Origin: Candidatus Krumholzibacteriia bacterium
Lineage (GTDB): Bacteria; Krumholzibacteriota; Krumholzibacteriia; JAJRXK01
Length of the DNA: 64,000 nt
NCBI GenBank assembly: GCA_041484665.1
Contig: JBGPIA010000005.1
Location: 32,001-96,000, forward strand
Direction: 5' to 3'
The notes under the pieces were generated by a model. It ran no database searches and was not told the DNA's origin. It saw only the letters and a program-made list of their open reading frames with translations. Numbering within the stretch: position 1 is the stretch's first letter; each line of letters starts with the position of its first letter. The position numbers were made by a program, and so were the translations under genes. Positions 26,752-37,656 of this stretch are shown here, in pieces.

Positions 26752-27716
26752 GGGTACTGGTCACCGGCGGCGCGGGCTACATCGGCTCGGTCACCTCCGC
26801 GCACCTGATCGAGCGCGGGCACGAGGTGGTGGTGCTCGATGATCTTAGCACCGGGCACCGGCCGGCCGTCCCCGCCGGAGCGCGCTTCGCGCACGGGCGC
26901 GTGCAAGACGCCGAAGTCCTCGGCCACGCGCTGGCGGGCGCGGACGCGGTGATCCACTTCGCCTCCCTCAGCCTCGTGGCCGAGTCGACGGAGCAGCCCT
27001 TGCGCTACTTTCGCGAGAACGTCGGCGCGGCGCTGGCGCTGCTTGCCGGGATGGAGCGGGCGGGCGTGCGACGCCTGGTCTTCAGCAGCAGTGCGGCGGT
27101 CTACGGTGAGCCAGACGTCGACGTCATCGACGAGGAGTCCGCCATTGCGCCGGTCAACCCGTACGGTCACAGCAAGGCGATGGTCGAGCGCATCCTTGCC
27201 GAGCAGGCGCGCGCGGCCGGGCTGGCCGCTGTCAGCTTGCGCTACTTCAACGCCGCCGGCGCCGACGGTCCGCGCGGCGAGGACCACACGCCCGAGACGC
27301 ACCTCATCCCGCGCCTGTGCTGTGCGATGCTGGGCCGCCTCGACGGTTTCGTGATCCATGGCGACGACTATGCGACGCCCGACGCCACCGCGATCCGCGA
27401 CTACGTGCACGTTTTGGACCTGGCGTCGGCGCACGCGCTGGCGCTGGGGCCGCTCGACCGGCCGGGCTACGAACGGATCAATCTCGGTACCGGGCACGGC
27501 TGCAGCGTGCGCGAGGTGATCGCTGCGGCGGCGGAGGTCCTCGGTCGCTCCTTCACGCCCAGGGTGGGCCCGCGTCGCGCGGGGGACCCTCCGCGCCTGG
27601 TTGCCAGCTGTGAACGCGCCCGCGCGCGCTTGGGCTGGGCACCGCAGCACGATCTGCTGCGCATCCTGCAGGACGCATATCGCTGGCACTGCGAGCATCC
27701 CTCCGGCTTTCGCTGA
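26748..27716 (+). CDS. galE: UDP-glucose 4-epimerase
   Basis: VTGGAGYIGS, FSSSAAVYG, YGHSK, LRYFNAAG, RDYVHV. Confidence 0.95.
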   Translation: MRVLVTGGAGYIGSVTSAHLIERGHEVVVLDDLSTGHRPAVPAGARFAHGRVQDAEVLGHALAGADAVIHFASLSLVAESTEQPLRYFRENVGAALALLAGMERAGVRRLVFSSSAAVYGEPDVDVIDEESAIAPVNPYGHSKAMVERILAEQARAAGLAAVSLRYFNAAGADGPRGEDHTPETHLIPRLCCAMLGRLDGFVIHGDDYATPDATAIRDYVHVLDLASAHALALGPLDRPGYERINLGTGHGCSVREVIAAAAEVLGRSFTPRVGPRRAGDPPRLVASCERARARLGWAPQHDLLRILQDAYRWHCEHPSGFR

Positions 27717-28024
27717 ACCCCGCAGCGCCGGCGCAGGCGGCTTGGCCCTGGAAGCGGGGCGGCAGGATTTTCCCCACAGCAGGTCGAAACCGTCGGTGCT
27801 GCCGCGCCAGCGCGGGGGTGGAGCGGGCGCGCCGCGCACTCCGGCGGGCGGAGCGCGTCGTGCGCGGGGGCCCCACGAGCGCGCTTGCGGCGGCCGCTCG
27901 AGCCGGCGCAGGCGGTTGTTGCGGCCCCTCCCTGACCGGCCGGCGTGGCTGCGCTTCGGGCCGTCACGGGACCCAGCGCTGGCACCACGGTTGCGTGCCC
28001 GCCGGCGGAGGTGAAGCGACGACC

Positions 28025-29788
28025 ATGGACCGGGACGCGCTCGCGCGGCTCGCCGAGCACCTGCAAGAGGGACTGATCCTGCTGGGACCGCGCCTGGAGG
28101 TGCGCGTCTGCAACCGAGCCGCGCTGCGCCTGCTGCGCCTGGGTGGAGCGAGGCCGGTGAGCCTGCAGGACGTCCAGGAGCGCAGCGGCGCGGCGCTGTG
28201 CCCGCTGGTCGACGAAGTCCTGCGCACGGGGCGCGATCTGCGCGACCAGGATCTGCGCATGGAGGGAACCCACACCCCCCGCCTGCGCGCCGACGCGCTC
28301 GTGGCCGGTAGGGGACGCGCGGGACTGCTGCTCCTCGTGCGGGAGGCTGGCCTGCCCGAGGCCGAGCAGCTCGACCTGCTCAGCGATGTCTCTCACGAGC
28401 TGCGCTCGCCCTTGACCAGTCTCTCCACGGCGCTGGAGTTGGTGCTGGCCGGCGAGGCCGGCCCCGTCAGCTCCGAGCAGGGGCGACTCCTGCGCCTGAG
28501 CGAGCGTGCCACCGAGCGCATGCAGCGGATGGTCGAAGGGGTCCTCGACCTCGCCCGCCAGCGATGCGGGCGTCTCGTTCTGGCGCGGCGCACGATGGAG
28601 CTGTCCGAACTCCTTCCATCCCTGATGGAGCAAGCTGCCCTCGTCGCACAGCGCGGAGGCCGCACGCTGCACTACAGCGGCGAGGCAGCGGCCCTGGCCC
28701 ATGTGGATCCCGACCGCTTCTCGCAGGTCGTGGACAATCTCGTGGGCAACGCCTTGAAATTCACCCCGGCCGGCGGGCATGTCACCGTGACGGCGCGTGC
28801 GCAGCGGCCCGCCGCGGACACGGGGCTGGTGCGCCTGGGCCAAGCACTAGGCCTGCAGCCACTCGGCGCGCTGGTGACCGTCCAGGACGACGGTCCTGGG
28901 ATGGAGCGGTACACGCGCGAACGTGCGTTTGCGCGCTACTTCCAGGGGCAGGCGCCGCAGGGTGGCCGCTGCCGTGGTGCCGGCCTGGGGCTGGCCATCG
29001 CCGACGCGCTGGTGCGCGCCCATGACGGGACGATCGCATTGGAGAGCGCGCCGGGCGCGGGCACAACGTTTAGCGTTTGGGTTCCCGCCGACGAGTCTGT
29101 GGCGCGGATGGTGGGTGCGGTGCGCGCCGCGGAGGAGGTCTTGGCCCGGGCTGATGCCGGGGATGCTCTGCCTTTGATCCTGGTAGTGGAGTGTCTGGGA
29201 ACCGCCGGCGCCGACGCCGGGACAGGCCTGGAGCACATCCGTGCCGACCTGGAGCGCGACTTAGCGCGCGGGCGCTGGATCGCCGCCCTCACCGAGCACA
29301 TCGGGGTGATCGCGCTCCCCGCCGCGGCGGGATCCCCGGACGCGGCCTCAGGCGCGCTGGGGGACGCCCTGGGGGAGGTATCGGGGGCCGCCTCGGGGGC
29401 CGCCTCGGGGGGCGCCTCGGCACACGCCTCGGGGGGCGCCCCAGGGGCTGCCGCGGGGGGTGCATCGGGGCACGCACACGGGGGCGCGGACGCGGGGGCG
29501 CTCGCCGGCGAGATCCTGGGCGTTCCGTGGGATTCCATCGGGGGCTCCGCGTGGGGAGCCGCGGCCAGGACAGACCCCCGGGGGTGGGGGCCAGCCGAGG
29601 CGGCAGGGCCCAGTCTGCGAGCCGGGTGGGCGCTCTTCCCGGCCGACGGCGCGGACGCGGGCACGCTGCTTGCCGTGGCAGTGGGACGAGCGCGCGCCCT
29701 CCGGGCGGCCAGCGCACGCGACCCGGTCCCGGCCGCCTGCAAGGAGGAAGGCCTTGAGCGATCGACCCAAGCTGCTGATCGTCGATGA
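28025..29788 (+). CDS. Cytoplasmic sensor histidine kinase (PAS-like, HisKA, HATPase) with degenerate C-terminal domain
   Basis: VSHELRSPLT, NLVGNALKFT, DDGPGM, GAGLGLAI, GAGTTF. GGAGG SD. Confidence 0.9.
   Translation: MDRDALARLAEHLQEGLILLGPRLEVRVCNRAALRLLRLGGARPVSLQDVQERSGAALCPLVDEVLRTGRDLRDQDLRMEGTHTPRLRADALVAGRGRAGLLLLVREAGLPEAEQLDLLSDVSHELRSPLTSLSTALELVLAGEAGPVSSEQGRLLRLSERATERMQRMVEGVLDLARQRCGRLVLARRTMELSELLPSLMEQAALVAQRGGRTLHYSGEAAALAHVDPDRFSQVVDNLVGNALKFTPAGGHVTVTARAQRPAADTGLVRLGQALGLQPLGALVTVQDDGPGMERYTRERAFARYFQGQAPQGGRCRGAGLGLAIADALVRAHDGTIALESAPGAGTTFSVWVPADESVARMVGAVRAAEEVLARADAGDALPLILVVECLGTAGADAGTGLEHIRADLERDLARGRWIAALTEHIGVIALPAAAGSPDAASGALGDALGEVSGAASGAASGGASAHASGGAPGAAAGGASGHAHGGADAGALAGEILGVPWDSIGGSAWGAAARTDPRGWGPAEAAGPSLRAGWALFPADGADAGTLLAVAVGRARALRAASARDPVPAACKEEGLERSTQAADRR
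29339..29500 (+). repeat. ~12-bp-period Gly/Ala/Ser in-frame repeat in the kinase
   Basis: ggggccgcctcg-like units encoding SGAASGAASGGAS. Confidence 0.7.
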
Positions 29789-30173
29789 CGAGCCTGACAT
29801 CCTCGAGACGCTCGACTTCGCGCTGCGACGCCGGGGCTTCGACGTACGCACTGCTGCCGACGGGATCCAGGGACTCAATGCCGCCAAGGCGGACCCGCCG
29901 GACCTGTTGCTGCTGGACGTGATGCTGCCCGGGTGCAACGGCTACGAGGTCTCGCGACAGCTCAAGGACTGGATGGCGAGCGCGCCGGCCGCACGGACGT
30001 TCCCGATCCTGCTGTTGACCGCGCGCAAATTGAATCTGCAGGTGCGCGAGGAGTTCGTCGCCACCTGGTCGCGCGCCGAGGGTGTGCTCTACAAGCCCTT
30101 CGAGATCGACGTCCTAGTCGCACGCATCCGCGAGCTGCTCGCGGAGCGGCCGGCGATGCACGCACTCAGCTGA
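29754..30173 (+). CDS. Single-domain response regulator (receiver)
   Basis: AGGAGG SD + TTG. LIVDDE, LLDVMLP, LLTA, KPF. Confidence 0.92.
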   Translation: MSDRPKLLIVDDEPDILETLDFALRRRGFDVRTAADGIQGLNAAKADPPDLLLLDVMLPGCNGYEVSRQLKDWMASAPAARTFPILLLTARKLNLQVREEFVATWSRAEGVLYKPFEIDVLVARIRELLAERPAMHALS

Positions 30174-30343
30174 GCGGCGCAACGCTCCCCCGCGAGGCAC
30201 TCTGGGGGAAACCGAGCGCAATCACCACTCCCAGCGCGGACATTGGAGATGCATCCGCCCTTGCCCACACGGGCATCCCGGGCGCAACTGTCACAGCCCG
30301 CGCGGGCCTCGCCGGTGCAACGGGCGCGACCGGGGTGGTCGGC

Positions 30344-30372
30344 TTGACATCCTGTGTGGGGTGCTTGATATT
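30344..30372 (+). promoter_or_regulatory. Putative tRNA-Phe promoter
   Basis: TTGACA-N17-GATATT. Confidence 0.45.
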
Positions 30373-30471
30373 CACGCACCGGTCCTCGATGCGACGCAAC
30401 GCGGCGATCGCGGCTGTGCGCTCCAGGCAAGCGCGGCTGCGGCGTTGCCGGCGCGCGTCGTGCGGTGCGGT

Positions 30472-30547
30472 GCGAAGGTAGCTCAGTCGGTAGAGCAACG
30501 GACTGAAAATCCGTGGGTCGTGGGTTCAATTCCCTCCCTTCGCACCA
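30472..30547 (+). tRNA. tRNA-Phe (GAA)
   Basis: Acceptor GCGAAGG/CCTTCGC. Anticodon arm ACGGA-CTGAAAA-TCCGT. TTCAATT loop. CCA encoded. Confidence 0.97.
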
Positions 30548-30887
30548 GCCCTCCTGTTCCTCCCACGTTCTCATCGTGAATCGCTCAGTCCGTCCAGCGG
30601 GCGGTCTCGTGGACCGCGGCGGCGGTTGGCCGGGCGCTCGCGGTCACCTCATTTTCTCACCGGCCCGAGTTCGAGTGGATGCGAGAGCGCCCAGCGAGCG
30701 CGCACTCCGAGCGCACGCAGCGAGCGCGCATCCCTTGCGCTTCTGCACTTCCCGCAACAGCGCCCAGCACTGAGAAGGGCAACGGTGCGCTGCTCTCGAC
30801 GTGCAAACAGCACGCAGGGAAACTCGCGAGGCCGGGCCTCGGGACGGGGCAAAGGCCTTCGAGCATCTGCTACGGCAGGATAGTCCA

Positions 30888-30921
30888 TTTAATTGTATAA
30901 GCCAACTATTCGTTGAACCAA
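30888..30921. promoter_or_regulatory. Tandem TT(G/C)-N7-CAA boxes overlapping the MarR stop (putative operator)
   Basis: TTGTATAAGCCAA-CTA-TTCGTTGAACCAA. 30888-30910 matches 31431-31453 at 21/23. Confidence 0.65.
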
Positions 30922-31424
30922 TTAACCTCTCCGTCCTCCGGCCGGAGGCTACGGAGGGCGTCCACGGGCAGGTAACTGTCGCTCCAACGGCCGGCTGCCC
31001 GCGCCAGCTGCTCGAGGCTGCGAACGCACGCTTCGCGCTCGGAGGGGCGCAACCGCAGCAGCATCTGGGCGGAGGCGTGCTCGAGCGAGGACAGCAGCTC
31101 ACGGCAGACCTCTTCCCCGTGGCGGGTCAGGCCCACCTGCAGGGAGCGGCGATCGCGAGGAGCGCTCCGGCGGCGGACAAGTCCTTTCTTTTCAAGCAGA
31201 TCAACCACGCGCGTGGCAGTGCTGCGGGTCACCCGCAGCCGCTCGGCAAGGGCGTGCATCGGCTGCGCGCCCTCGTCCAGGAGCATCCGCACGGTGTGCC
31301 ATTGCGTGGGGCTGAGCCCATGATCAGCGCAGCAGGCGCGGTCCCTCAGTTGGAGGGCTCGCAGCAGTACCTGGGCGGCCTCGAGGAACTGCTCGGACAA
31401 GCGGTGAGACGACGTCGTGGTCAT
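30906..31424 (-). CDS. MarR-family regulator with vicinal cysteines
   Basis: DRACCADHGLSPTQW..LAERLRVTRSTATRVVDLLEKKGLVRR..DRRS..VGLT..G. Confidence 0.92.
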   Translation of the reverse strand: MTTTSSHRLSEQFLEAAQVLLRALQLRDRACCADHGLSPTQWHTVRMLLDEGAQPMHALAERLRVTRSTATRVVDLLEKKGLVRRRSAPRDRRSLQVGLTRHGEEVCRELLSSLEHASAQMLLRLRPSEREACVRSLEQLARAAGRWSDSYLPVDALRSLRPEDGEVNWFNE

Positions 31425-31430
31425 GGCCGT

Positions 31431-31464
31431 TTTAATTGTATATACCAACTATTGTCTAAGACAA
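31431..31464. promoter_or_regulatory. Tandem TTG-N7-CAA boxes over the MarR promoter (putative autoregulatory operator)
   Basis: TTGTATATACCAA-CTA-TTGTCTAAGACAA. Contains a minus-strand TACAAT -10 just upstream of the ATG. Confidence 0.7.
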
Positions 31465-31523
31465 GTGTTTCTCGTGGTACCGACTCGCTGGACACGATCC
31501 ACAGCTTTGCGCGCTTGCGTCCC

Positions 31524-31551
31524 TTGACACGCGAGATCGATGAGGTAAACT
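31524..31551 (+). promoter_or_regulatory. Putative tRNA-Thr promoter
   Basis: TTGACA-N16-TAAACT. Confidence 0.55.
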
Positions 31552-31612
31552 GGCTCACGGCGACGACGGTGCCTCATCAGCATCGGCTTCCGTCTTCCGC
31601 GGCTTCGCGGGC

Positions 31613-31688
31613 GCTGGTGTAGCTCAGTTGGTAGAGCAGCTCATTCGTAATGAGCAGGTCTGGGGTTCAAGTCCCCACACCAGCTCCA
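31613..31688 (+). tRNA. tRNA-Thr (CGT)
   Basis: Acceptor GCTGGTG/CACCAGC. Anticodon arm GCTCA-TTCGTAA-TGAGC. CCA encoded. Confidence 0.97.
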
Positions 31689-31752
31689 TTCCTCTGCGGC
31701 GTGCGCGCCGAGCGTGCGTCACGGAAGCGAACGCGAAGTCGGGAATGTCGTC

Positions 31753-31784
31753 GGAAGGGGCCCTGCAGCCTGGGCCCCTTTCCT
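31753..31784 (+). terminator. GC-rich hairpin downstream of tRNA-Thr (possible terminator)
   Basis: GGAAGGGGCCC-tgcagcct-GGGCCCCTTTCC. Weak U tract. Confidence 0.4.
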
Positions 31785-31892
31785 GCATCTAGGAGTTTCC
31801 CTCACAGTGATGGTCGAGACGGCGCGTCGTCGTGCGCCCGGCATCGTCGTGCTGACTGTGCCGCCGATTCTCTCGGCCGGCTTCGTTGCGCA

Positions 31893-33239
31893 ATGAGTCT
31901 GAAGATCAGCGTCTCGGGCATGCGTGGCATCGTGGGCGAGGACCTCGATGCGGAGGTCGCCGTGCGCCTGGCGAGCGCGTTCGGCGGATGGCTACCGCAG
32001 GGTCCCGTGGTGCTCGCGCGGGACTCGCGTCCCTCGGGACCCATGCTCGGCCACGCGGTGGCAGCGGGGCTGCTCTCCACCGGGCACGACGTGGTGGACG
32101 CGGGGATCCTCAGCACGCCGGGCACGGAGTACCTGGTGCAAACCACCGACGCGATCGGCGGAGTGATTGTCACCGCCAGCCACAATCCAGTGGCCTGGAA
32201 CGCGCTGAAGCTGCTGCGCCACGACGGCCTGTTCCTCGACGCACAGGCGATCGCCGCGGTCACGGCCAATGCCGGCGCGCAGGCGCGCGGCCATCGCCAC
32301 GCGTTGCAATTGGGGAGCTTGCGTCTCGAGCAGCACGCCGAGCGGCGTCACCTCGACGCGATCCTGCGCCTGGATCTGCTCGATCGCGACGCCATTCAAC
32401 ACGCGGGGTTGCGTGTGGTGGTCGATTGCGTGGAAGGCGCGGGCGGCGCGGCGCTGCCTGCGCTGCTGCGGGACCTCGGGGTGCAGGTCGTGGAGATCGG
32501 GTGCGGGCTCACCGGGCACTTTCCCCACGATCCCGAGCCACGCCCGGAGCACTTGCAGGAGCTCGCCGCGCGCGTTGCCAGCGAGGGTGCCGACCTGGGC
32601 CTGGCGGTCGATCCCGACGTGGACCGCCTGTCGCTGGTGGACCGGGGCGGCGTCGCACTCAGCGAGGAGTGCACGTTGGTGCTGGCCGCCGATTTCGTGC
32701 TGCGCTGGCGCAAGGGCCCGATGGTCGTGAACTTGAGTACCACGATGCTGATGGACCGGGTGGCACGCACCCACGGCGTCCCGTTGCTGCGCACGCCGGT
32801 AGGGGAAGCCAACGTGGTTCAGAAGATGCTAGAGATCGGCGCCGTCGTCGGCGGTGAGGGGAACGGGGGGGTCATCCTGCCCGCGCTGCACCCCGGCCGC
32901 GACGCCCTGCTGGGCGCAGCGTTGGTCCTGGCGGCGGTGGCGGAGGCGGGATCCCTGCGCGCTTGCCTGGAGCGCTTCCCGCGGGTCGCGATGGCCAAGG
33001 ACAAGCTCGCGCTGACGGCGGCCGTGGACGATCCGGCGTTGTGGGAACGAGCGCTGCGCGCCCTGGGCGGGTCCGGCCGCATGGACGCTACCGACGGGCT
33101 CAGGTATGATCGCGGCGACAGCTGGATCCATCTGCGTCGCTCCAATACGGAGAACGCCCTCAGACTGATCGCGGAGGCCGCTGATGAGGCGACCGCGCGC
33201 GCGATGATCGGCCGGGTCAGGTCCGAGCTCGAGGCCTGA
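31893..33239 (+). CDS. glmM: Phosphoglucosamine mutase / phosphohexomutase
   Basis: SVSGMRG, VTASHNP, DPDVDR, GGEGNGG. Directly upstream of glmS. Confidence 0.85.
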   Translation: MSLKISVSGMRGIVGEDLDAEVAVRLASAFGGWLPQGPVVLARDSRPSGPMLGHAVAAGLLSTGHDVVDAGILSTPGTEYLVQTTDAIGGVIVTASHNPVAWNALKLLRHDGLFLDAQAIAAVTANAGAQARGHRHALQLGSLRLEQHAERRHLDAILRLDLLDRDAIQHAGLRVVVDCVEGAGGAALPALLRDLGVQVVEIGCGLTGHFPHDPEPRPEHLQELAARVASEGADLGLAVDPDVDRLSLVDRGGVALSEECTLVLAADFVLRWRKGPMVVNLSTTMLMDRVARTHGVPLLRTPVGEANVVQKMLEIGAVVGGEGNGGVILPALHPGRDALLGAALVLAAVAEAGSLRACLERFPRVAMAKDKLALTAAVDDPALWERALRALGGSGRMDATDGLRYDRGDSWIHLRRSNTENALRLIAEAADEATARAMIGRVRSELEA

Positions 33240-33275
33240 TCCGCCACGGGGCCAGCTCCGACGGAGGTTCTCCCC

Positions 33276-35102
<1,827 letters not shown>

Positions 35103-35293
35103 CGGCGAGCGCTGCCGCGAGCGGACCGGCTGCCGCGCAGCGGCGACCTGCTCCTGACCAGGGCTCGGGCCGCTTGGACGACCAGGCGGCCCGCGCAATT
35201 TGGGCCCTGCGCCCGCCGCCAAGGCGGCGGTGGAGCGGGGCGCGGCATTGCGCTACCCTGTTGCCGGTTCGCAGCAGCCCTTCAGGAGGAGAC

Positions 35294-35683
35294 GTGACCC
35301 ACCAACACCGAGTCTACACCTCCGCCCGCGCGCCGAAGCCGGTCGGGCCCTACAGCCAAGCGGTCTCCGCGGGAGGATTCCTGTTCACCGCAGGGCAGGT
35401 GGGGCTGTCGCCGGCGACCGGCAAGCTGGTCGGCGAAGGCGTGGCCGAGCAGACGCGGCAGGCGCTGGAGAACCTGCGGGCGGTGCTGGAGGAGGCCGGG
35501 CTCTCCTTTCGCAACGTGGTGCGGACCACGATCTTCCTCACCAGCATGGACGACTTCGCGGCGGTCAACGCGGTGTATGCCGAGCTGTTCGACGGCCCGC
35601 CGCCCGCGCGGAGCACCGTCGCGGTCCGCGGGCTGCCGCTGGGCGGAAAGGTCGAGATCGACATGGTGGCCCACACTGGCTGA
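35294..35683 (+). CDS. ridA: RidA/YjgF enamine deaminase
   Basis: AGGAGGAG SD + GTG. APKPVGPYSQA, AGQV, PPARSTVAV..LP..KVEID. Confidence 0.92.
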   Translation: MTHQHRVYTSARAPKPVGPYSQAVSAGGFLFTAGQVGLSPATGKLVGEGVAEQTRQALENLRAVLEEAGLSFRNVVRTTIFLTSMDDFAAVNAVYAELFDGPPPARSTVAVRGLPLGGKVEIDMVAHTG

Positions 35684-35756
35684 GGCCGCGGGCGGGCGTG
35701 TGCGATCGTGCGCTGGAGCCGGTCGCTCCGCGGGGGAAGCGCGGGGGAAACGCGGG

Positions 35757-35852
35757 GGGAATGGATGGGTCCTGGTGGGCCCCGGGGACTTCAAATCCTG
35801 CGGTCGGGTGCATCGCGTCCGAGGTGGGTTCGATTCCCACACATTCCCGCCA
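35757..35852 (+). tRNA. selC: tRNA-Sec (TCA)
   Basis: CTTCAAA anticodon loop. 6-bp D stem GGGTCC/GGGCCC with 4-nt TGGT loop. Long variable arm TCGGGTGC/GCGTCCGA. T arm GTGGG-TTCGATT-CCCAC. GCCA end. 96 nt. Confidence 0.93.
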
Positions 35853-35883
35853 ACCGCCGCCCACCGGCCGCGCTGAGGCCGTA

Positions 35884-36861
35884 ATGGAGAGCGCGAACGC
35901 TACTCCCAGGGATCGCACCGCGATCGTGGCGCCGGCACCGCTGGTGCTTGTGCTCAATCCCACGGCCGGACACGGCCGTGGAGCGGCGGCCTTGCAGCCC
36001 CTGCGCAGCGTCCTGGCCCGACGAGACATTCCCGGCGAGTTCTTCCTGACCACGGGCGAGGGTAACGCCGCGGATCTGGTGCGGCGCCTCGAGCCGCCTC
36101 CGGGCAGCGTCGTGATCGCGGTGGGGGGTGATGGCACCGCGCACGAGGTCGGTGCCGCGCTGTTGTCGCTGGAGGGCGTCACGCTCGGTCTGATCCCGGC
36201 CGGCTCGGGCAACGACTACGCGCGACTCCTGGGGATGCCCGCCGACCCCGCGGCCGCGCTCACAGCCATCCTCGACGGCGTAGACGTGCGCCTGGACGTC
36301 GGTCAGGCTGGACCCCACGTGTTCCTCAACAGCGCGGGCTTCGGCTTCTCTTCGCTGGTCAGCCTGGAGAGCCGCCGCGCGGGGCGCCTGACCGGCTTGC
36401 TGCGCTACCTCGTGGCGGTGGCCCGCGCGCTCGCCCACTTCACTCCCATGGCCATGGCCTTCGACGGGCTCGCAGCCGCGGGCGAGCAGCGGGTGTCGTT
36501 GCTGGAGGTCGGCATCGGCGACTGCTGTGGAGGAGGGTTCCGCCTCATGCCCAAGGCGGATCCCTGCGACGGACTGCTGGACGTTTGCCTGTTCCTGGGG
36601 TTGTCGCGCACACGTATCCCCATGCTCCTGCCGCGCGCACTGCGCGGCCATCATCTGGGGCATCCTCGGGTGCGCTACGAGCAGGTGCCCTCGTTCCGCC
36701 TGACGCTGGAGTCCGACGCGCTCATCCATGTCGACGGAGAGATCCGCGTGCTGCAGCGGGGCGAGCACCTGATCGAGGCGCGCCCGCGGGCCCTGCGCGT
36801 GCGCCTGCCGGCGCAGCGGGCTCGCGCGCTGGCGCGCCGCACGGTCGCGGAGGCGCCATGA
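35884..36861 (+). CDS. Diacylglycerol/lipid kinase (YegS/DagK family)
   Basis: VLNPTAG, VGGDGT, IPAGSGNDYAR, FLNSAGFG, HVDGE. Confidence 0.9.
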   Translation: MESANATPRDRTAIVAPAPLVLVLNPTAGHGRGAAALQPLRSVLARRDIPGEFFLTTGEGNAADLVRRLEPPPGSVVIAVGGDGTAHEVGAALLSLEGVTLGLIPAGSGNDYARLLGMPADPAAALTAILDGVDVRLDVGQAGPHVFLNSAGFGFSSLVSLESRRAGRLTGLLRYLVAVARALAHFTPMAMAFDGLAAAGEQRVSLLEVGIGDCCGGGFRLMPKADPCDGLLDVCLFLGLSRTRIPMLLPRALRGHHLGHPRVRYEQVPSFRLTLESDALIHVDGEIRVLQRGEHLIEARPRALRVRLPAQRARALARRTVAEAP

Positions 36862-37616
36862 GGCGGGTCCAGCACCCACCCCCACGCGCCCTGCGCGGGC
36901 TGGCTGCCGGTTGGCTGTCGGTGTGGCTGCTGGTGCCCGCGGCCGCACCGGCGTCGACGCTCGCGCAAGGCGAATGGAGCGCCGCGCTGCAACCCGAAGC
37001 GGCGACGCAGTCACCGCCGTCACCGCCGCCCCCTCCGTCGCCCGCGGAGGGCGCAACTCCTGGGCTGCCCGAGCCGCCGGCGCCGTCCACGCCGTCCACG
37101 CCGCCCGCGCCACCCGCGGACGTCCCCCCACAGTTCGTCCCCGCCCACCCGCCCGCCCAGGCCCCGTCGGATGCGGCACTGGAGCCGCTGCGCGCCGCGC
37201 ATCGGTCCGCCAGGGCCGCGATCCTCATGTCGTTGCCCGTCCCCGGTTGGGGCCAGCTGTACGCCGACAGCCCGTTCTGGGCATCGGTCGCGTACGGCAC
37301 GCAGATGTGGTTCCTGGGGAACATCCTGCTGGAACAACGGCGCCTGGAGCGCCAGAAGGCCGCGCGCGACCGCGAGCCGCTCGGCAGCGACAATCGCGAG
37401 CTGCGGGAGGCGTACATCCAGGAGCACCACGAGCGCATCCGCGACTTCATCTGGTGGTCCGGAGGAGCGCTGCTGGTGATCGCGCTCGACTCCTACGTGA
37501 GCGTCGCGCTCGCGGACTTCGACCATCCCGGGGTTCCCACTCCCGACCTCGACCACCCCTGGCCGGACCAGCAGCATGGCGGCGGGCTGGCGCTGCAGCT
37601 ACACTGGCGCTTCTGA
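36858..37616 (+). CDS. DUF5683-like exported/membrane protein with Pro-rich linker
   Basis: Signal peptide, Pro-rich tract, [26 protein letters not shown]-terminal LQLHWRF. Confidence 0.65.
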   Translation: MRRVQHPPPRALRGLAAGWLSVWLLVPAAAPASTLAQGEWSAALQPEAATQSPPSPPPPPSPAEGATPGLPEPPAPSTPSTPPAPPADVPPQFVPAHPPAQAPSDAALEPLRAAHRSARAAILMSLPVPGWGQLYADSPFWASVAYGTQMWFLGNILLEQRRLERQKAARDREPLGSDNRELREAYIQEHHERIRDFIWWSGGALLVIALDSYVSVALADFDHPGVPTPDLDHPWPDQQHGGGLALQLHWRF

Positions 37617-37656
37617 TTCCCCGCACCGGCTGAGCCCCGCGGACCCCGGCCTCGCC

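Noticed and set aside
30520..30536. U-U mismatch in the tRNA-Phe T stem (GTGGG/CCCTC) as a sign of pseudogenisation
   Set aside because: A single mismatch. The rest of the cloverleaf, the CCA and a candidate promoter are intact.
33240..33275. glmS ribozyme
   Set aside because: Only 36 bp between glmM and glmS, and no recognisable core upstream of glmM.
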